From positions 55,244,001-55,308,000 of the forward strand of contig NW_024704742.1 in NCBI RefSeq assembly GCF_018977255.1: a stretch of 64,000 bases of DNA. Direction: 5' to 3'. A program made the position numbers and the translations under genes. Source of the DNA: Callorhinchus milii (Eukaryota). The notes under the pieces are model-generated. The model was not told the DNA's origin, did not search any database, and saw only the letters and a program-made list of their open reading frames with translations. Of the stretch, positions 27,401 through 39,400 are shown in pieces (the first letter of the stretch is position 1; each line of letters opens with the position of its first letter).

Positions 27401-30400
27401 GTGGTGATTATTAATTCAGGCCTCTATTAATGTTGGCAGGACCACAGCTACTTGGGGCGGTTCAACTCAAGGTGCACTGGATGATGATGATGATGAAGAG
27501 GAAGAAAACATTGGTGGTGGTGGTGATGATGATGACGACGACTATCCATCTGATGAAATTGTACAAGCAGAAGAAGAAGAAGAACTTGAGACAAGTTCTC
27601 ATGAAACATACACAGTTTATCCAAGTCCAACTAGAAGTCAAGGAGCACGTAATTCGAGAGGTTTTAGGCACAGGTAAAATAATACTGTGGATTCCTCCAG
27701 TTGTTTCCCAGAGATTTGTTTTTTTTATATTACTAGAATTTATATTATTGATATGATTGTACATGATATAGATACACACATTTACTTAATGTTTAAGTAT
27801 GGCATTCGGCTAAATACTAAAATCCAGTAATTAGTGACATTGATTTACATGATTTTACTTTATTCTTTTAACCTGCGAGGGAACATTTATTTACATACAT
27901 TTTTTGCACATATCTCAACAGTAGTCAAGAATTGAATATTTTATCAAATGATGTTTTATCAAAGCAATTTTGCTTTAAATTTGTTTCACAATTTAGACTA
28001 TTATTTTCTCCTTTCTACCTCATTCCAATACCAAAATCGCAAGACTTTTGTGGTATGTACTTGATTGCAGCTTTTAAACCAGTTTTCATTGACATTTAAC
28101 TGGTGGCTAAATACTTGCTGTGCTTTCCCTTCTCATCCCACACACTCTTCTGTAGGTTAAAGAATAAACAACCATATTCTGCAGATGGGAACTATCGTTC
28201 TTTTCCAAAACATAAACAACGGAATGTTAGCATGCGACGTCAAGAGAATCTGCGGTGGGCAGCAGATCTCTCCTATGTAGAGGAACGAGAACACTGGCAG
28301 GAACAAGTAAATCAATTGACCAGACAGCTGGAATTCAGTACAAACATGTGTCACACCCTAATGCAGGACCAGCAGGTAAGTTGCTGTACTGGGGGATTGT
28401 GTGTAACCATGCCTTCTTCATTCTGTTAGAACCGTAGAAACATACTCCCTTTTCCAGGGTGTTCTGCTGATAATCCATTTAATCATTCAATGACAAAAAA
28501 CTGTTTTGAAGGTTTGATTGAAAATTGCTAAAGTTCAGTTAAAAGCATTTCTTTGTGATGGCACGAATCCCAACCTTGAATTGCTTTAGACAGGCATTCC
28601 TGTCTAAAGCTCCTGTGGAGTCCTGTAGCTCAGTTAGAGCACTCGCCTCGCAAGCGGCAGGGTGAAACCTTGGGCAAGTTTCCTTACGCCACACACCTGA
28701 CAATAATTCCTCAAGAAAAAAAACAATAATAAATCACGACCATTTGTGGGACACTGCTGTACGAAATTGGCTGCCGTATTTTGCCCGCAAATATACAGTC
28801 AATTCACTTTACAGTCTATTCTGTGAAGTGCTTTGAGACATCTAGAAGACGTGAAAAGCGCTATATCAAATGCAAGGATTATTATTCCAAACTACAGTTA
28901 GAAAAGAGCCTGTATCATTGCTTCATAAAGCCAGAAAAGGCTGTCTGGCCACAGAACTGTTTGTGAAATTCATTAAGTTTAAAAAAAAATCAATTAAAAA
29001 AATTACTACGCCAGTTTTCCCCTGTACTGTCGTTTGTTCCTGTAACGGAAAATAATGTCTGATCAAAGAATTGATGTGCTATTTAGCAATTATTTTCTTT
29101 CATGCTGGCTAAATTCCAGCAGTACACAAACACGCAGTCTGAGGTCCCCAAACTTTGACTCTTGACCAATTTGTGGCTAATTCTCAAAAATAGAATCTCC
29201 GACAATACAGCAGTACCCCAGCATTGCACTCATGTCACCTTGGACTGTAAGCTCAACCCAAAATAAGGAGACTCCTATTCAAAGTAAATGGCCGTTGCAC
29301 TCGACAGTTTGTGAAAATGTCTTGTTTGTATCTAAAAGATACACAAGCTAGCAACATAAAAGAGCTGCCAATTATTTTCTTCTGAGCATCTGTAAGTGCC
29401 CGATGCTGTATAATTGTTTGCTGAAAGTTGCCATCGAAAGTTTTATCATCTGAACCTTTTTTGTTGACTTTCTCTTGACTCCATGAGATTCAAACAAAAT
29501 GTTCAATTTACAAAGGGGTACCATTTTAAAAGTTAATTCATTTTACTGACCCTTGATCATATTGCAGTTTAGTATTGTATACATCTGAAAATAATTTTCT
29601 TTATTTTTATACAGGCACTTTCTTACCTTCTGCAGACTTTCCTAACTGGTCCTTACAATATAATGCCTAGTAATGTTGGCTCACCACAAGTGCACATCAT
29701 AATGCACCAGTTAAATCAGTGTTACACACAATTGGCTTGGCAACAGAACAATGTGCAAAGGTGTGTTTATGGTCTTAGATAAGTTGTGCAGAAATATATC
29801 TTAACTTTTGCTACTACTTGAAAAATTTGTAACATGGCAATTAGTTTAGAAAAGTAAGACAATTAGCATGTTTTGTAGAAAAACTGATTTGTATTAAAGT
29901 AAGCAGTGGCATTTTATAAAAGTTTTGTTTTGCACAGAAGTTTAGTGTGGGTTTCTGATACTTTATTCCTACTGGGAACGAGGAGAGTTGTCCAGCTTTG
30001 TGCGCCATTATCCAAGACTCATGTTACTCAAATCCTTATCACATGTACATAGTTAAAATATTAATGAGGACCTTCTGAATTGCTGTTTAGCTAGTAAGGG
30101 AGCCTTTTGCTGCTTTTTCATCCCTAGTTTGCCTTCAGAGTTATTGTAATACTTTTGGACTCTCGCATATGTTGCTGGTTTCCATCAGAAACACTTTTTT
30201 GGGGATGTCTACTACCCAAATAATACAGCAAAAAAGACCCAGAAGCAAAGCCACCTGATATTCAGACACATCTCGCAGCGTCTAGTACTGAGTAATGAAA
30301 ATCACAAAAATAAATTATGAGTAGTGGTTGTCTCATGGCATTGCTATACTTATGAGCTAAATGTCAATTAATTTGCACAAATACAGCACATTGTTACAAG

Positions 30401-33400
30401 GGTCTTCTGGAAGTCCTAATGCAAGGTGAATTACTTAAAAACAATGGACACCTCTATGCTGCAATATAAAACCAACATTACTCATCACATTCATTCTTTA
30501 AATTCTTTATGATGTTGAAAAGGAGCTTCTTCCTTTACCTAACATCGACATTAATAGCTAACTCAAATGTCTGTAGAGGAAGGAAAAGAAGAATCAATTA
30601 ACTATTGTTCCCTTAAAAATGCTTTTATATTACATTGCCTACAGAGGAAAATCTGTCTGCAATCCATGATGAAAAGCAAACAAAGTTCCCACTGTCACAT
30701 CACAGACTCAGTCACTGTCACATTGCCAGAGTGAGTTGTCTCCATCTCCAGAATGAAAGAGTTGGCGCTGGAGTGAAAGGATGTGCATAATGCATTGTAC
30801 ATGTGCAAAAAACAGTTTATTTTCTGGATTGGTGCTCGGATTGCAAAACTGGAGGGAAAAAAAGGATGGGAGCAAATTGCTTAATATTCAGACACATCTC
30901 CTGGCCTTTTTAGTATTTGGTACCAATGATTGGGGAAAATTAAGTTCTGAACATTTGGTGCCTGCTTAATGTGTCTGATCTCCCCATGGTGCAAGCATCC
31001 TCTTGGAAGTGCAAGGCAAAGTCTGCAAATGGAAAAAGCGGCATTAGATTGTTGCTTCTCCCTTTGGCAGCAGACTGTGCTGCAGGACTTTGAGATATAG
31101 AACGATGATCAAAAGGCAGTGTTAAATGGGAAAGCAAACTTATTTTAGGAGGTTTATAAGGGTAGGGAGAGACCTAGCAAGGCAAAGTAGTTTTAGAAGA
31201 TTTCCAGTGGATAAGGGAATGGATTAGGTGGCTGAATGTTCAATCACTACTAGTGGAGTGAAGAGGATGGGGAGCAAGCAATAGACAAGTGACAGAATTG
31301 CAGAGTATGTGGCTGGAGAAGATTGCAGGGGCATGGTGGGATCGAGTCTGTTTGAAGACCAGGACAAAATCTTAAATTTGGTTAGCGTTTTGGCAGAACC
31401 TTTTGCAGGAGAACTTGAGCTGCAGAGTTCTGGATCAGTTGAAGCGTCTGGAAAGTGGAGTTGGGGAAATGTACTTGGTGATGTGCATTGGATGGATGCA
31501 GTTCTTATATTTTTATAATTATTTTGCTGAAGATGAATCTCACCTAAGCACTGATCCAGTCTGAGGCTTGATGGTAAATGCTAAAAAAAATGTTATAATT
31601 CATCCCAACAGGCTGAAGCAAATGCTGAATGATCTCATGCATCAACAGCAGCAAGATAAGAAGCCTGGAAACCAAAGAGATAGCACAGTGCCACCACCTT
31701 CTCCCAGTGATTTTGTCTTTTCTGCATTCAATTACCCTCATAATCCTTTAAATCCTTTGTGCATGCCTGGATTTGCAAATTACTCTCCTTTGACTCCAGG
31801 TAAATGTTATGTAGAAATAGCTTTTTGAGATAGTGCAAATAAGATTGTGTAAGCAAAATGTTTAATATTAGTGGAATAGAATAGAGAATTAAAATGTGTT
31901 CAGAAGAACATAAGATATTTAAGGGCCAGAAAAGACCTTCAAGGTGAACAAGTTCATACTGTTTTTGATTGTTTTATCACAACTGAATGCGGGAAAAGGA
32001 GAGGATTTTTTTTACACACAGTTGATGGAACATTTAATGAGCCTCAAAAATGTTTACTGAAACTAATTCCATAATGTTTTAGCACTCTATTGCTCATGGT
32101 AGACGGATTTCTAAGTGAGATATATTTAGAGTAAGATCCGCAAGTGCAACTATTTTAGTATGACCTGAATGAAGAGCAAAGTGCTGTGTGACCAGAAATC
32201 TTATCCTCATCAATGAGTATTGCTTTTCCACTTTTCTTTAAGGTACAGAATGGTTTTGCAACTTACTGAAAACTTTTTTTTGCTGTTATAGGTTTCAACT
32301 TTAACCCTGTATTCCCTCCTGGGTTCCGTGAACCATCTCAAAATGTCAATGCCCAAGCCAGTGAGCAGCAACCACCTCTATCTGAACATGTCACCTCTGG
32401 AAAAACAGATTACTTGGCATTCCCCAAACCATTTGAAAGTAATTCTCCAAACTGCAGAGAGAACATATGGTACACATTATTTGACTTTGCATTGTATTTT
32501 GCTGCTTTGGCTTTGTGAAAGTATTCTATATTGTATTGGACTGTATTTGTAGTTTGATGGATGGGGTAAAGATCAGTCACTTATATAGAGAATGGTTGTA
32601 CTGGAAATAATAGTTGGAAATACAAAACCTGATGCTGGAGAAGGCCAATTTCTTCTTTCTTAACAACCACAAAACACAGATTAAGTCTTAAAGAAATTTC
32701 TGTGCACCTTTGTCGCGCCATATAACATTCTCTCAGTGCTCATAAAGTGCATTAACTACTGTATTATGTTTCTATTCGGATAATTATCCAGTTCCTAATA
32801 TAGATGCAAAACTTGAATATCCAAACTTCATTTTTTTTAAAATCAGGGTACAAGAAGAAGCCAAAGACGAAGCAGAGCGGAGTGAATTGGCATGGCTAAC
32901 TGATACAAGTGAAAGACAGCCATCCAGACAAACCGAAGCATGCACATCTGTACCACAGTTGAATTTAAGCAATTCAAAGCAACATGTCCACGGCAAGAAT
33001 AGGAGGAATTTTGAAGAGGAATCACTAGAAAGTTTTAGTAGTATGCCAGATCCAGTTGATCCCACCACTGTAACTAAAACATTTAAATCCAGAAAAGCCT
33101 CTGCACAGGCCAGTCTAGCTTCGAAAGATAAAACTCCAAAAGGAAAAACTAAGAAGTCTATACTCAGTGGCACATGAGCCAGGATATTCGCACAGGTATT
33201 ACTCCTGCTTTTGGTAAGTTTGTTTTGATATGTACCTTTAAAGAATTTTTACTAAGATTGTGTATTTGGTGATTAGAATATTTTAATAGATTTTGATTCT
33301 AGTTTAATATAGCAGCTTGAAATTAGAAATATATAAGTGCTTCCTTTCGTTTCTACACTATCCTGAAAATGCCCTATGCTTCGGCAAACCTTGTGGGGCG

Positions 33401-36400
33401 TTATGTTCTCTGTGTGATTTTTCAGATGAACACGTGCAAGTACCAGTTGAGCACTACCAATTGCCTTAATTGTTCTCACATACTATTAAGGACAAGCCAT
33501 GCATTGGAGAGGTATTTCATTTTCACCCAGAGCCAGAAAATAATTTGTCACTCCCTAGGTGTCTGGCTGCAAGTAATCCCTCGTTTGAACCATTTGCTCC
33601 TTTTTTAAAATATATATATATATATATTTCTGAAATAGTTTTATGAAACAAAGTGATTGCTATGGTTTGTTGTTTTCACTATTGGTATTGAGAGTTGCAA
33701 AATAACATGCAAAAAGCTAAACCCAGAATAATAGTTTCAAAAGTGAAACAGTAGCAGGACAAGAGAACCCAAGAAGTTTAATAGTATTCTAGGTTTTATA
33801 CATAGAGGCATAGAATACAGAAGCACATCAATAATGCAAAGTTTTGTACAAATTACTGGTTTGGCCACAACTGACGTTTTGGGCGCTTCATTTCAGAAAA
33901 TATGTTAAGATTTTGGAGGGGCCTCGTCTGTTTTTCATTAGAGCATAGAAGGTTGAGAGGAGACGTGATAGAGCTGTAAACAATTACGAGGGGTTCTGAC
34001 AGAATGAATAGGGAGAATGTATTTCCATTCAGAGGGGAGTCAGTCATTCGGGGTCATAGTTATACAATAGTCACAAGGAGAGCATAGATTAAATAAATGT
34101 GGAATGCCAAGTAAGGTGGTAGAGGCAGAGTCCATTGTGAGTTTCATGAGAAGTAAGGTATACACAGTAGAGAGGCTTGAACAGTTATGGGGAGCAGGGC
34201 AGTGAGATTGGTGCAGATTTGATAGACTGAATTTCTTGTATTCACAGTTGTGAATGTGATATTTAGGACTCACACCAGGATACCTTTTTAAAATGTATTT
34301 TTAAAATCTGAGAGTAATCAATAGCTCGAACATGTTACCTTGAACGATGCTTGAGGCCACATCACTGGTCTCGTTTAAGAAACTTCTAGTTTCTGTCGTG
34401 GAAACATGGTAGAATTGTTTTTTGTTTTGGCCAGTCTGGAGTCTGACACATGAAAAAACCCATCAAAGAGTTCCACTATACATGTAAATTTCCATGTGAA
34501 ATAGAATAGAACAGGCACTGGAGAATTTTGTAGAGTAATTGGTAGAAGTTGGCAAGAGTCGATGCTTTGAGACCCCAGGTATTGGTTTTGGTACTGCTGG
34601 TATTCAACCAGCTAAAACCACATTGTTTATCCAGTTGGTAATTGAGAACACTGATTGGCAATCATCCAGCGACTTGTCCAGTATCATTCTTACCTATTAA
34701 GGCTTTGATGTCCCTCCCAAGTCCTGCTGACGATCGAGCCTGGTTGGTCTGTTATTGTCCCTCAAGCATGGCATACCTGCTTGAACCAGATTAATGCAGC
34801 CACCACTGAGGGTCTGAAATGATATACTGCAATACTGTAGTGGACATATTGATTTCTGAAAATGTTACGGATGGAAAGACAACATTCAGCTCAACTAGTC
34901 TGTGCAGTGCTGATACTTCACAATAATAATACTACTTGCATTTTATGCCACTTATAAAGCAAAGAAAATCTAGGTACATGTGGTAAACTAACTCAGTCTC
35001 CAGTGCATGCTTCCTTGGATAAATATACTCTTAAATTTAATATTGGGTTTAAAATTTGTATTTATCTAACAACTACCTCAGTCTTCCTTGACTTGTTACC
35101 ATAGGTCTCCTAAATTGTTAATTCCCTCGCTTCATGGTTTGTAGAAAATGTCTGGAAATTGAATGCAGATGGGCTTCAACATCTCAAATTGGGACTTGAA
35201 ATCAATGTTTTGCAAACATTCCTATCCACTCTTCAAAATATTATAGAATAATACAGGGTGAAAATGGACCATTCGGCTTAACTAGGCTGTGCCACTGCTA
35301 ATACTACACATTGCAACTATTAAATCATAGAAAATCTAGGTACCTCTTTGCTCTTGTTTAATACAAATGTATTGGTTGGTTTACAGTTATGATAAGACAT
35401 GTAAACTACAATGTCTAGAAAATACACTTTTAACAGACCAATCTTGCAATGTACATTGAAAGATTATTAAGCCTTTACTGGAGAGGTGTAGGCCAGAATA
35501 CATAAGTTATTAGACATGGGGGGATATTTTTGAACTTATTATTGAGCTTATTTGTATTTTATCTATTAGGTTTTGAAACTAGAAGTGCCTCCAGTACTAA
35601 TGAAACCTGCAAAGATAAGGTCTGTCATTCCACTCAGACAGAAGAATTTCTGAAACTTAGAATTCCAAAGACAACTTATGAACCGCAAGAAAAGTCAAAA
35701 CGAAAGAAATCAGTTGATCTTTCCTCTGGTATGTTGTTGGGACACAAGAGTACTTTAAAATGTTCTTTTTACATGTATTCTGAATTGTGTCTTGTTATCA
35801 TTATTAAGCATTAAAGAATATTTCATACCTATACCATAGAAGAATTTATGTAGCTAATCTGGAAGCATGCATATACGGATAAAATGAAACATTTGGAGCA
35901 CCCAACTTGATTCTGAAGATTTTAGCTTGATTAGTTTTTACTCAAAAAGAAGCCAGGTAAAGAGTGGGAAAAGTCGCCTCCTGTGCTATGATTTTATCAT
36001 AGATTCAAAATGTTTCTAGGTGCAAGTGGTGATCTCCAAAGAAAGAATCCGAACACCAAATTTGAGGATAGTTCCTACTAGACTGATGATGTTAATTGGT
36101 TTCTTGAAGTTCTATGTAATTTCCTCCTTGTAAATGTTGAAACCTAAATTGGACACCTCAGTTTCAGATTACATATCTGCCATTACATTGCCATTTTCCC
36201 CTCTTTTATCACCACCCTGGATTGCACGCCTGCTGTTCTGTTTGATTGTTTGAATGACATCAAGTCCTAAAGAGCTGCAACTTCCTACGGCTTAAACTGG
36301 CACAAGACTGAAACCTTTTGGGGTCTCACCAGCAACTGATTTTTCTGATTCCATCAACCGCCTTATTTGTTTGTTTGGGTGTAAAATCTCTATGCCTTAT

Positions 36401-39400
36401 ATTCAACCCTGAAGATACTGATGCCTTGTTTCTGAGCTGGTTATTTTTCAAGATCCTCATTCTAGCTGTTTAATCCCTGAAATAGGCTTTATGAATCCCA
36501 GGCTTTATGAAATTTTCTCCAGCCCTGCATTCCAGCTCACATCTTCTGCTCTTTTGACTCCATCTTATTGATCATTTTTCTGCTCTACCATCAGAGCTGA
36601 ATCTCTCAGTTGCCATACCCCTAAACTGCAGAACTCATTTTTCCAAAACGGCTTTTCCTGCTCTCTTTGCTTTTAATAATCTCGTTAAAATCTAATTCTG
36701 CAGTCACCTAAGAATTGCTCACACATCAATCTCTGTCCCTACTGTTTATTGTTGAGTGCTTCAAGGTGTTCCTTTATATGAAAGCTGCTATAATACAAGT
36801 TGTGAGGTAATACTGCAGAGTGACTTTTTCCTTATCCTAATGTTACTTAACTGCTTTAGTTAGAAGGTCTTAGTATTATTTACAGAATATTCAAAAAATT
36901 GCCTTGATAACCATGACCTTCTTTCCTGCCACCTCTTTCCCCCTCCCAGCCCCCAGCACGTGTAGAAATCTCCAGACCAAAGAAATTGAATGATTCAGGG
37001 TAATACTCCAAACTGGAGAAAACAAAATAGATTCATGAATGCAAAATAAATTTCTTAAGCAACGTGATTCAACGTAAATAAATTCAACATAATTACAAAA
37101 TAATATTGTTTCATTGATCATTAGTACTAGATTACTTTCTCATACTGGTGGTGCCTTGAACATTTTATAAGACTAATTTTCCAGTTTATATAAAATAACA
37201 GAATTTAGTGCTGGAAAAATTAAAGTATGTATAAATGCTAAATGTGCGCATTTCTTAATTAATGTTAAATAAAGTGTCCTTAAAGTTAACGTCTCATTTG
37301 CATTTCGACATTTTTATGATTTATAAATATATCCTTGCATTTGATACAGGGCCTTGTACATTGGGAGGATATCTCAAAGTGTTTCATATAATCTAATGTA
37401 ACATGTAGTGATTGATTTTATAGGCAAATTATTTCTATAGTTTTATCTTTCGGGGAAGTGCGAGGAGGTTTTCCATCAGCCACAAACTACCAGTTTGTCA
37501 ATAGGAACACAAATTAATGGTTTTCAGTTAAAGAAGTATTTTATTCTCACATGTAGTTTTACTTCCATTGATATAATGATAATTAGAAGAGGTTTGCATG
37601 CTGACTTGTGCACTGAAATGTGATATTCAGCATATATTTCAGTGCAGTAATAGATGCTACCTGCACATTTAAATGTAGATTGGCCAATAAATGGCAATAT
37701 GGGAGCTTTTGTAACTTTTTAGCAAATATAATTACTACTTACAGAAGGGGAAGAGAAAAGACAAATGCATTCAGGAGAGGAGATTTATAATTTAGCAGTG
37801 TATTGAAATATTCATTCCCATGCACGAATAAACAAATCTGGTACAAAACATTTAACAAACATGAAAATAGCTAATTAATGCTCGACTTGCTGAAGTAAAA
37901 CTGATGAATTATCCATGATTCATTTCATGAGGAAATAACATTTCTAGTAAATGAAGGAATTTGAAAACTGGTTACATTTAGGATCTTAAAACCTGTAACA
38001 TTTTAATAATGCTTTGCTGCTCCATTATTTAAAATGAGTATTACATAACTCCACTATTTTTAATTTTGTGTGCATGTAATATTTCTTAACTTTGTTGAGC
38101 TTCATTTCTCACTAACTCCTTTTCTGCAGTACAGTAGATACATTTTCCAGTACAGTGTAGAGTGTTTAGTTTAAATCACTACTTGTCTGTCTGTCCTCCT
38201 TTCCTACAGCACATGCTAGGGGAACACTGCTCGAATCTAACAGAAATGCATGCACTGACGCACCAGGTAATGTACTGAACTGTGGACATTTATTAGCTCT
38301 TTCTGTTGTGTTGTCTTTATATTTTTTTCTTAATTTACCAATTTCCAGATTTTTCACAAAGCAACAGTTTTGATCTATTTGCAGCTGATTATTTTTCTCA
38401 ATTTACTACACAAATTGTGAAAATTGTAAAATTTGCAATTACACCAAGTTGAACTAAAATAAGGTATTTGATAAAGCTGCAAAATCAGTGGTTAACACCT
38501 AATGTTATTGACCTGGTCTAGCTTCTACAGAAAGTTTTGTCAATTAGCAGGAAGAGTTTAGTGGAGGGCGGAGAGAAGAGGATACTTTTCGATATTGCTG
38601 AACCATGTCTTCTGAGTTTACAAATCTACAACAAAATTAAATTTTTCTAGTACTTTTCATATCAGAAAGAATTCACATGGTGCTGAATGAACAGCATTAT
38701 GTGCACAGAGACCTATGATCACTAAGCCCTACCTTTAAATTAGAGGGATAATGTGGAATATTACTTCATTGGAAGGGGGACAATTGAATACAATTTACAC
38801 GTTTCTAGCACCTTTCATGGCCTGAGGATGTCTCACAGTGCTTGACAATTCTGCCTGGGCACACTGGAGCTGAGAGTGGGAGCTGAAGGGAGCAAGAAGG
38901 AAAAAGATATCAGAAAGTGTGGTCAGAGAGGTTTTTCTTCAGCTGTATATTGAAAGAGGGGAGGAAGGGAGCAAGTTAAATGTTTAAATCTCGTTGAATA
39001 ATTGAAACATGAAATATCTTCTCATACCAGTTAATGTATTGGAGGTCTATTATTTGTATTGAATAAGAAAGAAAGCTGGTAAAGACGATTATGAACATAG
39101 ATACTTTGGAAGATGACAAATTCCTAGATTTAACCAAATTGATGCTAATTTGTTTGAATCCTGCTTTCTGTGTTACAGAAACTGGCAGTGACTTTTCACT
39201 CTTTGAAGCTCTGCGTGATACCATCTATTCTGAGGTCGCAACTCTCATTTCTCAGAATGAATCACGACCCCATTTTCTCATAGAACTTTTCCATGAACTT
39301 CAGTTGCTGAATTCAGATTATCTTCGACAACGGGCTCTTTATGCTTTACAGGTACTGAAGCCTAAATGTTAAATTACAATAAGATTTTGTTTTTGTTCAT

